The notes under the pieces are model-generated. The model saw only the letters and a program-made list of their open reading frames with translations, was not told the DNA's origin and searched no databases. Positions 1-10,895 of a DNA stretch of 64,000 nt are shown here, piece by piece (the first letter of the stretch is position 1; each line of letters starts with the position of its first letter). The DNA comes from Naegleria gruberi. Lineage: Eukaryota. Location of the stretch: assembly GCA_000004985.1 (NCBI GenBank), contig GG738893.1. One strand, given 5' to 3'. The position numbers and the translations under genes were made by a program.

Positions 1-189
1 TCCTTTTGGTGATCCAAGAGAAAGTTACTCATTCAGAGAATCATCTGATTAACCTTGTATAGTAAAATTTGTATTATATTCACTGTTATGGAGTTTTCAT
101 GCTGTTAAGAAATTGAAAAAAAATTGATAAGTCACAACTAGTTAATCAGCAGTAGATGTTTAGACGCAGTCATCAGAACACCAAAATAT

Positions 190-2622
190 TTATTCAAAGA
201 CAACATCTTTGGAGATGAGCTCAAACATTGGATCAACACATCTAAGGGTAACAGATTGGTTGGTGAGTAAAGAAACTGCTGGATAAAGAACGCCTGTGAT
301 ATTTCTAAAGCATTCACCAATGCATTTACCATTCAGATACCAAGAGAGGGTTGCACCAATATTATTCTTTGGATCGACAGCATCTTCAAAAGCTTTCAAG
401 TAGTACTTGACACGAGCCTTGACAATATCTCCCTCATTGAATGGAACGTTATTCCACTGTACGACAGGGTCACATGTGAAGGCTTGCTTATGTTTGAGAT
501 GAGTATTGGAATAAAAGTGTAAATTATCACCATTTCCGCCTGCATATCCAAAACCTCCATGTCTATCATATCCTACAAGATTGGTTGGTGTGGATTCCTT
601 GTAAGGGAAGGTTTCGGTTTCCAATCCAATTACAATCCACCAACCATTAGCGTTAGTCTTGTCGAATTTTTCAATCTTAATTTCCACTTCTAAAATTGCA
701 ACATCATCAGTGATAATATCCACATCTCCATTTTCAAGATCCAATGGTGAAATGAGAGGAAGTGTCATGTATCCATTCTTTCTCTTTTCAATTTCTGTTG
801 GAATTCTGATTGGAAGGTTAGTTCTCACAGTTTGCCAATGATATGTAATATTATCCTCTCTGTAGACAGTGGCATTGTTATTCTTGAACTTGATATTGTT
901 ACCTCTTTCACATGTATCCCAACACAATTTCAAGGCCCAATTAATAAAGAATCTATAATAGGTCTTCCATGACTTGTAATAACATGGTGGTTTTTCACAA
1001 ACAGTCATGAATCGTTTTTTAATCTCGTTAAGAGGAGTCTGAGAAAAGAATCTTGGACACTTGTCTAATGATTTAGAATTAGTAACATTTTGATATTTTC
1101 TCTTGACATAGTAGCTGTATACGTTCATACAAATCTCTTTCCAAAGCATTTCATTCTTTGCGAATTCTCTTTCAAATTCTTTACAAACCAATCCAATACC
1201 CAAAGCTAATTCCTTGTGAGTTAGGAATGAGAAAATTTGATAGTACAATTCTGGAATTAGTCTGATAACTTGTTTCTTTGTTCTTGGAGGAGTGCTAGTG
1301 TAGTGAGATGGGGAAGCAAAATGTATTGGATTACCTGCAAATGGTAATGAATCAACCATAGTAGTAACTTGATAAGAATGTGGTCTATGTACAGAAACAA
1401 TTTGGGAGCGAGGTGTTCTAATGATTGGAGAAGAAGTGTTGGAAAATTTGTTATTGTTACTCTTTTTGGTTGGAGTGAGAATAGTTTCAGTATTATTGCC
1501 AACTGGTTGTACAGATTCATTGGCCAATTCAATATTTGATCTCTCCAAAGATGCTAATGATGAAGCAACTGGTTGTTGTGGAGGACCAACGAGAATTTCT
1601 TCTGCATTCTTTTGAACTTTCTGATTGAGAATTGTTCTAGATGGAATTGCAGTGGCAGGAGGGGTATAGACTTGGTAGGCTCGTTGTTGAGAAGAATCAA
1701 TATTACTCAAAATAACTCTCTCAATGCTAATAGGTGGTCTGAATGGTTCGTTCGGTGGAACGAAGCAAAATGTATCATTATTGACAATTTGATCAATGCC
1801 ATCTACTTCTGTTCCTCTTAATGAAATTAATTTTGGCAAAATGTCAGAATTATCACTTCTTCCAATATCATTGAAAGGAGTGTATCTAAACTTGGAGCAA
1901 ACCATCATTATTAAATCTTCAAAAGAAGTACCAGTTGGATCGAAGGAAACAATCTTTCCATGTTGCAAACTACCATTAGGAAAGATGTGAATCCTCATCA
2001 TTGGTCTCGAGTACAAGGAAGGATAGTGGTTTTGTTCTATACTGGCATGTTCCATGAAACCATCTCTCTTTGCTGCATAAATTGGTTGTCCTGTGGTCAT
2101 ATTTGCAGCAACAGTGTGAGAGGATGACATGAATGGATGTTGCACATATTGATAGTGTTGATGATCATGATGAGATCTGTGATGTTGTTGAAGAAATTCA
2201 AAATCATCCTCATTTTGTTCATACATATCATATTGATCGGAGCATGATGGTTCTGCTAATTGTTGTTGTGATGAATAATTATTAAAGGAAAAGTTTTCAT
2301 ACAAATGTTGTGAAGATGAGTCGGAATATGTATGATCATCTTCCACAGAATTATTACTACTATTGTATCTGACAACGTTATCGAGTGAGGATTTTTTAAT
2401 CATATTGTTATTATTATTAATAGTTTCTTGAATGTCGGTATTGGAGTTGCTATTCGAATTACAACTCATACTTGATAGAGGCGGAGAGGATGAAAGGTTA
2501 GAATAGGAATTCACTTCTCCGAAATATGTATTAGAAATGGATTGAAATTGTTGTTGCTGTTGTCTGGTTAGATGATGAAGGGAGGAGAAATAGTGATTGT
2601 TAGCAGCAGCAGAATGAGACAT
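190..2622 (-). CDS. DCX-like / F-box / SPRY (B30.2) domain protein with a long N/Q/S-rich N-terminus; the C-terminal half resembles F-box/SPRY protein FBXO45
   Basis: Single 810-aa ORF. A doublecortin-type ubiquitin-like segment (RIHIFPNGSLQHGKIVSF...GTEVDGIDQIVNNDTFCFVP) is followed by an F-box (IRLIPELYYQIFSFLTHKELALGIGLVCKEF...LWKEIC). A C-terminal SPRY domain follows (GYDRHGGFGYAGGNGDNLHFYSNTHLK...WYLNGKCIGECF). The N-terminal third is low-complexity (QQQQQ, NSNSNSN, NNNNN). Confidence 0.6.
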   Translation of the reverse strand: MSHSAAANNHYFSSLHHLTRQQQQQFQSISNTYFGEVNSYSNLSSSPPLSSMSCNSNSNSNTDIQETINNNNNMIKKSSLDNVVRYNSSNNSVEDDHTYSDSSSQHLYENFSFNNYSSQQQLAEPSCSDQYDMYEQNEDDFEFLQQHHRSHHDHQHYQYVQHPFMSSSHTVAANMTTGQPIYAAKRDGFMEHASIEQNHYPSLYSRPMMRIHIFPNGSLQHGKIVSFDPTGTSFEDLIMMVCSKFRYTPFNDIGRSDNSDILPKLISLRGTEVDGIDQIVNNDTFCFVPPNEPFRPPISIERVILSNIDSSQQRAYQVYTPPATAIPSRTILNQKVQKNAEEILVGPPQQPVASSLASLERSNIELANESVQPVGNNTETILTPTKKSNNNKFSNTSSPIIRTPRSQIVSVHRPHSYQVTTMVDSLPFAGNPIHFASPSHYTSTPPRTKKQVIRLIPELYYQIFSFLTHKELALGIGLVCKEFEREFAKNEMLWKEICMNVYSYYVKRKYQNVTNSKSLDKCPRFFSQTPLNEIKKRFMTVCEKPPCYYKSWKTYYRFFINWALKLCWDTCERGNNIKFKNNNATVYREDNITYHWQTVRTNLPIRIPTEIEKRKNGYMTLPLISPLDLENGDVDIITDDVAILEVEIKIEKFDKTNANGWWIVIGLETETFPYKESTPTNLVGYDRHGGFGYAGGNGDNLHFYSNTHLKHKQAFTCDPVVQWNNVPFNEGDIVKARVKYYLKAFEDAVDPKNNIGATLSWYLNGKCIGECFRNITGVLYPAVSLLTNQSVTLRCVDPMFELISKDVVFE

Positions 2623-3223
2623 ATTTAAAAATCAAACGTGATTACCTTTCTTCTTTTAATAAAAAGTAGAGAAGGAATGTATAATATAAATATATAAATA
2701 ATACTATCTAGATAGAAAGGAGGAGAACAACATCAATATATATTTACAACAAATAACGTGTGCTGTTCCGTATAGTCTCTATGAGTATACAACAACAACA
2801 ACAACAAACAACAAAATAACACTCCTAATATCGCGATAGATACGATTCAACAATGTGTATGTTGAGGTGTAGAGTATTAGTAAATGTACAAGGGATTGTG
2901 TGGTTTTATTTTTTTGCTGCTTGGAACAAAATACATGGAAAAGGCGAAACGGTCTTTGCAAATTCATTCCTTATTGGATCTTGAGACAGACAAATTTGTG
3001 GAGTGAGCATTTTACGTAAAGCTTTACTGTCGAATACATTTGAAGACATTTAACGTTGTTGCTTGTAAGATTATAATGAATGAACGGTTGAGTATTATTC
3101 TAAATGTGTTGAAATTGTTACCTTAATAAAAAATTCAAATGATCTATCATGTTTGAGAATTGAAAAACAAGAGAAAGAAGAATCATGACCTATTACAATG
3201 TAGAAACACAATGTTCTCTATCT

Positions 3224-4339
3224 TTATTTTCTTGGGAATGCAAACATGTATTGAGGAGGAACAGCGACTGGGTAATCCAAATCTTGAGCAGCTCTAATTG
3301 GCCAGTAAGGATCATTCAAATCTTGTCTTCCAATTAATACTAAATCTGCCTTTCCATCCTTCACTAAATCATTAGCAAATTTAGCTTCCACTATTTTACC
3401 AACTGCACCAGTGGCCAATCCATCAACTGATTTCTTGACGCCCTCAGAGAATGGAACTTGATAACCTTGCACAATTCCAATTGGTGAAATTTTGGCTTTG
3501 GCATTATTACCACCAGATGAACAGTCCAACAAGTCAACTCCAGAATCACGTAAAACCTTTGCTAGCTCTGTAGTGTCTTTCATGGTCCAGCCCTCTTCAC
3601 CAACGTATTCATCAGCTGAAACTCTGACAAATAATGGCATTTCAGTTGGAATATTCTCTCTAATTCTTTGAACAATTTCAATCAAGAATCTAATACGATT
3701 TTCGAATGATCCACCATAAGCATCAGTTCTTTGATTTGAAGTTGGTGAAAGGAATGAGGAAATTAAATATCCGTGAGCTCCATGAATTTCAATAACATCA
3801 AATCCTGCCTTAACAGCTCTCTTAGCAGCATCCACAAATTGTTGAATCACTTCTTGAATTTGTTCAATGGACAATTCTGCAGGAACTTTGTGATTATCAT
3901 CAAATGCAATTGGAGATGGACCAACAACGTCCCATCCTCCTTCTTCATTTGTCAATGCTTTTCTTCCTAGAGCTTCCCACAATCTTCCAGTTGATGCCTT
4001 TCTACCAGCATGACCTATTTGTATTCCGATATGTCCACCCTGTTCGTGTGTAAATTGACAAATTTTAGACAACATGTCAACATGTTCATCTTTGTAAATT
4101 CCTAAACATCCTGGTGAAATTCTACCAATATCCGAAACACCAGTGGCTTCTACAATAAATAAACCAGCTCCACCTACAATTCTACTGCCAATATGTTGAA
4201 CATGCCAGAAATTAGCAAATCCATCAACCGATGAGTACTGACACATTGGGGAGACTACAATACGATTCTTTAAAGTCAATCCTCTAATTTTGAATGGTTG
4301 AAAGAGTGGAGGAACAGATGAGATATCTTGTGCTGACAT
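3224..4339 (-). CDS. NADH:flavin oxidoreductase, Old Yellow Enzyme family (YqjM/NamA-like class), intronless
   Basis: Uninterrupted 371-aa ORF. Hallmark motifs are present: FKIRGLTLKNRIVVSPMCQYSS near the N-terminus (compare Bacillus YqjM ...KNRIVMSPMCMYSS) and the TIM-barrel FMN/substrate signature IHGAHGYLISSFLSPTSNQRTDAYGGSFENRIRF. No intron, and length is typical of the family. Confidence 0.85.
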   Translation of the reverse strand: MSAQDISSVPPLFQPFKIRGLTLKNRIVVSPMCQYSSVDGFANFWHVQHIGSRIVGGAGLFIVEATGVSDIGRISPGCLGIYKDEHVDMLSKICQFTHEQGGHIGIQIGHAGRKASTGRLWEALGRKALTNEEGGWDVVGPSPIAFDDNHKVPAELSIEQIQEVIQQFVDAAKRAVKAGFDVIEIHGAHGYLISSFLSPTSNQRTDAYGGSFENRIRFLIEIVQRIRENIPTEMPLFVRVSADEYVGEEGWTMKDTTELAKVLRDSGVDLLDCSSGGNNAKAKISPIGIVQGYQVPFSEGVKKSVDGLATGAVGKIVEAKFANDLVKDGKADLVLIGRQDLNDPYWPIRAAQDLDYPVAVPPQYMFAFPRK

Positions 4340-5031
4340 TTTTTTAATGTTTGTTGAATGAATTGAGTGCGACAGAGATTATTGTTGAAAACTATTTATT
4401 TCATAGAGAGTTAATGTAAATGCGTCCTTTCTTGTTGTGAAGTTCCAAACTATTAGCAGAGGAAGCATAAATCATCTGATGAGGTTGCACAATTATTATC
4501 TTACGACTTTGTGCGTTTCAACAAAGTTTCCGAGACTTTCCGACTAGGTTGAAGATAACAAACTTCCGATACTAAATTATTTATACAAACAATTGCAATT
4601 TTACTCAATCATCATGTTGAATATCATGCAAAGATCACACCCCAATCAAAACCTCATTATTCCCTCATCAATTCCATCAACAAAACATTCAATCTTAATA
4701 CATATTGCAACAAATATTAAATAAATTGAAAAAAATGAAAAACCACAAACACCCATTTATTTTTTGTTGGTAAAATTTGCAGAGCATGAAGGATTTGTTA
4801 GTAGATAGACATGTGTTCAGACCACAATCCCGAAATCTCTAACATACCGTAATGGGCAAGTTTCTGGCTTCTGGTGTGGTCTGATATAGTAAGCCGTCTT
4901 CAGATTAACGTGATGCTGTCAAGATTTGCATTGCAGGGTCCGTTCTGGTTTCGTTACATCCAACCTTTTGTTTTTTGGATTTAAAATAATTAAAGATGGA
5001 TTTTAATTATTATTTAATTATTTAAATAAAA

Positions 5032-5748
5032 ATGATTCAACAAGATTTAATTGCTTCGGAACAAGAAAATAACCAAGACAAGATTGAACACGAAGCACCA
5101 TCTAATAATTCGGTCACAAATTTTGGATTGGAATGTCTGGGAAGGGATTATTACATTTCGGAAAAGTATTGCAAAATCAATGAAGCAAACAATAATTCGG
5201 AGAAGAAGATTATCGATTGGAAATCCATTCCTAAATTCGAGAAGAAACCCAAACTCGACTACTTTTACATTCTAAAGGAAATGGAAGATTTTGTAGAGGA
5301 ATTAGATGAAAAGTGTTCGTTAGAATTCAGCTGCAAATTGGAACAATTTTCAACTCACATCAACATGATTCAAAAAGGACTTGAACGAATCATTCGAACA
5401 ATGAATGATTTCTTCTCTTTGCATTCCAATTATAAGAGGGGAGATTTGGAAAAGACTTTTAATAATTTAATTCTCATTCTCACTTCACTCACTGACCTCA
5501 CCAAGGACTATATGAGTGAGAGAATGAAGAGTGATCTGATTGTTTCAAAATATGGTGAGATGGCTTCTAGAAACACTGTAGATTCTGAACAATTACAAGA
5601 ATCCACTCACTTTCAATTAATTTCCAACATTTTACAAGAACAAGTATTATCTCTTCAATCGAAAATTATGCAATATGGTGAGATTAAAAAGACTCAATTT
5701 GAAGTCAATGTTAAGCAATTGCAACGTGTGGACAAGTTGAGATTGTAA
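5032..5748 (+). CDS. hypothetical helical protein (no recognisable domain)
   Basis: 238-aa ORF with an ATG start, coding-like composition, and flanking A/T-rich spacer. No family recognised. Confidence 0.3.
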   Translation: MIQQDLIASEQENNQDKIEHEAPSNNSVTNFGLECLGRDYYISEKYCKINEANNNSEKKIIDWKSIPKFEKKPKLDYFYILKEMEDFVEELDEKCSLEFSCKLEQFSTHINMIQKGLERIIRTMNDFFSLHSNYKRGDLEKTFNNLILILTSLTDLTKDYMSERMKSDLIVSKYGEMASRNTVDSEQLQESTHFQLISNILQEQVLSLQSKIMQYGEIKKTQFEVNVKQLQRVDKLRL

Positions 5749-5834
5749 ATTATTTCTACTGGAACAAATCAAAATCGGAATGTGATGATTGTAATTTTAA
5801 ATCATTTAATTATATTTAAATCAATTAAAAAAAT

Positions 5835-7930
5835 ATGAAGAGAATCATTCCATCATTTAAGAAGGGATTGGAGAAATCTTTTCAATGTGAGCAGTATCGA
5901 TCATTCCGATTGCAAAATTGTAAATTAAAACCAATAACAACGATAAATTCATTGATGAGGAATGGAAATTACAATTCAATGATGAAGGCTAAATATTTCG
6001 GAAGAAGAAATTTTGGAACTGATTCTTCTTCAAGAAGGTTATTGTCTTGGAATAGTTTTAAATTGTGGAGTGCTTGGATATTGCTAGGATTTGGTGTTTT
6101 TGTTGGTGTTGATTCGATTTATAGTACATACAAGGTTCAATTTGATAGATTGATGAGGTTTTTTACTTCGGAAGAGATTTTACCTGATGAGAGTTGGGAT
6201 TCTTCATGTTTTGTTGATAAAAAGACTTTGGAAATGCTCAAATACTTGTTTAACAAGTATTCACATGGAAAGGATGTCATGTCTATTGAAGAGTTGAGAG
6301 AATTCTTCAGTCAAGAGCAACAGGATGAATTGCCCAATAATATTAATCGAGATTCCATTGATTTTCAACAATTTATATCAATTTTACTGACCACTTCATT
6401 CATGAAACTGGAAGAGTTTGAAGATGACTTACCGTTGTCAGATTATTTAATTTCCTCCTCTCACAATACCTATCTGGAGGGAAATCAGCTTACTAGTGAA
6501 AGTTCTAAAAAGGCCTATATTGATTGCCTTAAAGCTAATTGTAGATGTATCGAAAGTAAGTAATATTCATCAATGGAAATAATTTAACTGATCATGTGCG
6601 AATAGTTGATTGTTGGGATGGTCCTAATGGAGAACCAATAGTCTATCATGGTTGGACTCTCACCTCAAAGATTACACTCAAGGAAGCACTTGAAGGAATC
6701 AAACAATATTCATTCCACACAACTGACTATCCTCTCATCATCTCATTGGAAATTCATTGTAATTTTGATCAACAGAAAAAAATTGCACAACATTTGAAAG
6801 ATGCATTTGGTGAGAAGATTATTGCTCCATCAGAATTGAGTAATACTGAGCAACTTCCAAAACTTTCTGAATGTAGAGGAAAGGTCTTACTTCAGGGAGA
6901 GTTGGCAAAGTTGGAAAACAAATTGAGACAAGTTGAGGTGGATATTGTTTCTGATATATTTTTCGAAAAGAATATTTCACACAATGAATTTGATCCTCCA
7001 GAACTTGTATGGGCCAGAAATGTCATTCCAAACATTAATATAGATGAAAAGTTTGTTGTGGAAAAGATGGACGAATCAATGAAGACTCTCGACACAACAT
7101 TTCCAACCATGCAACCTGATAAGGACAAAATAGGACAGTGGACTAAGGAGCTGTATGACCTCTTATTTTTTAAATCTGTGGTCGATGTACATCATGAATA
7201 TCCAGAGGAAACTTCTCAAATTCACAAAATGATTAATCTCTCAGAAGGAATGGGACTGACTCATATTATCAAGAAGGGTTCCCATTTTTTCAAACACAAT
7301 GAAACTCTAATGACTAGAATTTATCCAAAAGCTACAAGAGTATTCTCCACTAACTTTAGTCCAGTAATGTATTGGGCTGCAGGTTGTCAGATTGTATCTC
7401 TCAATTATCAATTTTGTGATCAATTTTTGAGAATTAATAATGCTCTCTTCTCATCCAATCCAAGTGGATACGTACCAAAAGCCAAGCTAGACGAAACAAC
7501 ACCATTCAAAAATGTTAAAATTGAAGTAATTGATTTCATTCCAGCCAAGTCAACTCTTCAAAAGGTCAACCAACTTTCCATTGGAGTTATTGAAACAGGT
7601 TCTTTATCTGTTTCGAATAAGAAAATATACTCGAACCTTGTCAAGGTATTGAAAGATTCATTGAATGGGGAGACAGCACTCACTTCCAAGCAAACTATTA
7701 ATGCACCACTGGATGATAAGAAATCTATCATTTCATTTGGACTTTTTAAAAAGAAGAATCCTCTTATTAGACCATTCTCTACATTGTTTAGATTGGGTAA
7801 TTTTGAATGTGTTGGATATTCATCTCTACTCACTCATCAACTTTTGCCAGGATTCAGATTCCTTCCTATGAGAAATTATGAAGGTCAAATCGTTGGTGGA
7901 TTTCTTGTACACATTACAAAGCAATCATGA
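5835..7930 (+). CDS. phosphoinositide-specific phospholipase C (X and Y catalytic boxes). Two exons: 5835..6555 and 6606..7930
   Basis: The PLC X-box is split by a 50-bp GTAAGT...AATAG intron (6556..6605): ...[34 protein letters not shown]|[37 protein letters not shown]...[11 protein letters not shown]. The splice restores the canonical C(R)CIE(L)DCWDG motif. The Y-box reads [34 protein letters not shown]. An EF-hand-like region precedes the X-box. The N-terminus has a hydrophobic segment ([16 protein letters not shown]). Confidence 0.8.
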
Positions 7931-8195
7931 ATTTCATAGATTTGAGAGTATTTACTAACCGATCTACAAGTTTTAACCATCATAATGGAAGAGATAACAC
8001 ACAATTGGGAATGTTATTTCATAATTATTTTATGAAAATTATTCGAAAGTAAAGGAAATGAATTCATTTTCCCTTATCATCCATTTAAGGATTTTGGGAG
8101 TCGTCATGAGGATTCGAAAATGAAAATCACCATGATTTGGCTGTCATACGAAAGGATGGATTCTATCCACTTGTCACTAATCATTTTTAAAAAAA

Positions 8196-10775
8196 ATGTC
8201 GACACTATCAACCGAGTCTTTTTACACAACTCTTGAACAAAAATTCTCTACAGTCTTTTTCTTTCTGAATGGGGTTGTTGCTAACTCATCCAATCCATTC
8301 CGAATTTTGATTAATGATGAGGTAAATAATTGCTCTCTGAAAATTTATTTTACCATTTATCCGAAAGTGTGTTTTAAAGCTTGAATCCAACTGTAATAGT
8401 GTTGTCTATGCAACACAAGTCGAAGAACCAAGAGTTGGTGGCCATCACTTTATTAGAGTGAAAGCTGATTGGTAAGTTTCTCAAAGTTTAGTTTTCTTTA
8501 AACCAAAGAAGTCCATTGTTGAGATCAGGATCAGGTTTATCGAGCCAATACGAAAGATATAATTTGAGTATTAATGGATTCTTTATTTTGATTGATTGTA
8601 CTGAAGAAATTGGAGGTTCAGATACTGGAATTCGTATCATTCAACAAAAACATGACAATTTTGGACCAAATTATAAGAATTACAAGTTTGGAAATAAGGA
8701 GACTGAGAATGCAATTTTAAAAGGTTTATCATCTACCAGAAATTTAATCAAATCCAATTTACCACCTAAACAACTTGAAGAACAATTGAAAAAACTTGAA
8801 CAATTGTTTAGAAAGGACATTTTGACAAGAGAAGAATTTGAATCTAAATGGAAAATGGTTTACAATCCAGCAAATAGTGGATCAGAAATGACCTATGCCA
8901 CCACTTCTAATAATCAACAAACTAATACACAGAGTAGTGGCAATATGGATGGCCTCACACAAGATCAATTAGATTTACTTTCCAAGTTGAGAGGGTAAGT
9001 ATTGTGAAATTCACTTTCTAAATTGTAACATTTGTAATAGATTGATTGGAAGAGGCATTATCACACAGGAAGAGTACAATGCCAAGCTCAATAAGCTGAA
9101 AGAAGAAAATCAAAAATCCTCCCCTCCAAAACAACCATCTCTTACTCCAGAACAGAAGCAAATGATTGAAAAATTGGAAAGCCTTTTATCAAAGGGAATT
9201 CTCACACAGGAAGAATTCGAAATGAAAAAGAAACAAATTGTTGGAAATAATTCTCAAATCAGCAGCTCTACATCTGGTCAGAAATCTCCAACTGCAGTAG
9301 AAACAATTTCATTTGAAAAGTATGCACAACAATATGAAGATTTAAAGTGCATGATGAATGAATCTCAAAAACACCAAATGAGAACTCTTGAAAGATTTGT
9401 CAACGATGGAATAATTACACAAGACGAATATGAAATGAAAAAGAAAAAAGTTTTGGGAAATCTTTACACTCCAACAAATTGGATTTATCAAAAGCAACTT
9501 TCTGAAAGAGAACAAACCAGTAGCTCTCCATCTTCTCCTTCTACTCCTTCCTCTACAGAATCTCTATCCGAAAGTCAAAAAGAAAGAATTGAAAAATTGA
9601 AAATATCAAAGGAGAAGGGAATTTTAACCAATGAAATGTTCGAATCGAGAATGCAACAAATTTTGGATGAAAACAAGCCAGTTCAAGACACTGAAGATTA
9701 TTCACATCTCACCTCTGATCAACAAAATTATATTGCCAAACTGAAATATTTCAAAAAGATGGGAATTCTTACACCATCCGAATTTGACATTCAAATGGAA
9801 AAAATCATTTCAGACCCTGATAGTGTCAAGACCGGTGCTCTAGTTTCTTCACCTCAAACACCTACAAGTAGTTCATCAAATTCCTCTCCAAAAACCCCAA
9901 CAGACTCCAAGCCATCCACTCCAACCATTATTTCTAACAAGTCAAGTAAGCCATCTACTCCTACTCCTGTCTTTACTTCAGAAGAAGTGGAAACTCCAGT
10001 CACTCCAACTGATAGCTCTCAAAAGAATCAACAAACCAATACAGTTCCAAAATTGGAAGAAAAGAAGCCAACCACACCAGTACCTATCGTTGAAACCAAG
10101 AAAAAACCATCTTCAGAAAAGATTGTTAAGGAAAGTCCAAAAGAAACAACTCCTAAACAATCATCAACACCAATCAGTAGTGGTGCAGAGCAAGATGAAG
10201 AAATTCAAGATCAACTGGAAAGACTCAGATCACTTGTCGATATGGGAATCATCTCAGAGGAAGATTACAAACAAAAGGAAGAAAAGCTCTTGAAGGGAAC
10301 ACCAACCCCTGCATCTCCAGCTGCTACACCAGAAGAATCCAAACCTGTAGTCAATCAACAAGCAACCAATAATCAAGTCAAACAATTGGAAAAGCTCTAC
10401 AATTCTGGAATTATTTCAAAGGAAGATTTTGAGCAAAAAGTCAACAAAATTCTTGGAAAACCTCAAAATGAGACAACCACCACAAAGGTTGAAAGTCCAT
10501 CCTCTCCAAGAAACACCTCAAATGTCAAAGATCAAAATGTTAAAGTAGAATTGGCCAAATTGAAGAAACTTTTGGAGAATGGAATCATTGCACAAGAACA
10601 ATTCGAAATGAAACAATCTAAATTATTGGGCACTTCTCCATCAAGTACCACCACTGAAACTGAATTATCATCAGAACAAGAGGAGCAAATTGCCAAATTG
10701 AAATCCTTCCTTGATGAGGGTCTCATAGATCAGGACGATTATCAAGAAGAGTTGAATAAAATCTTGAATAAATAA
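8196..10775 (+). CDS. SHOCT-repeat protein with about 10 tandem SHOCT-like motifs separated by S/T/P-rich linkers. Exons (5' ones tentative): 8196..8321, 8380..8471, 8512..8994, 9041..10775
   Basis: Ten repeats match the SHOCT (PF09851-type) consensus '(L/I)xKLxxLxxxG(I/L)ITxEE(F/Y)ExKKxK(I/L)LG'. Examples: LEQLFRKDILTREEFESKWKMV, IEKLESLLSKGILTQEEFEMKKKQIVG, LERFVNDGIITQDEYEMKKKKVLG, LERLRSLVDMGIISEEDYKQKEEKLL, LAKLKKLLENGIIAQEQFEMKQSKLLG, IAKLKSFLDEGLIDQDDYQEELNKIL. The 46-bp intron 8995..9040 (GTAAGT...TAATAG) joins ...LSKLRG to LIGRGIITQEEY in frame. The upstream exons (8196.., 8380..) and the 40-bp intron 8472..8511 are inferred only from frame continuity. They encode a non-repeat N-terminal region (FFFLNGVVANSS...GGHHFIRVKAD...NGFFILIDCTEE). 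Confidence 0.6.
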
Positions 10776-10895
10776 TAACATTATTGAATAAAGAAATATA
10801 ATATATGATTTATTCCTATTTAAATATCAAAGATTATTGAAAACCTATTAATGTTTGGAACTATGCATTGAAATCGAACATATGAACTCAGTTCC

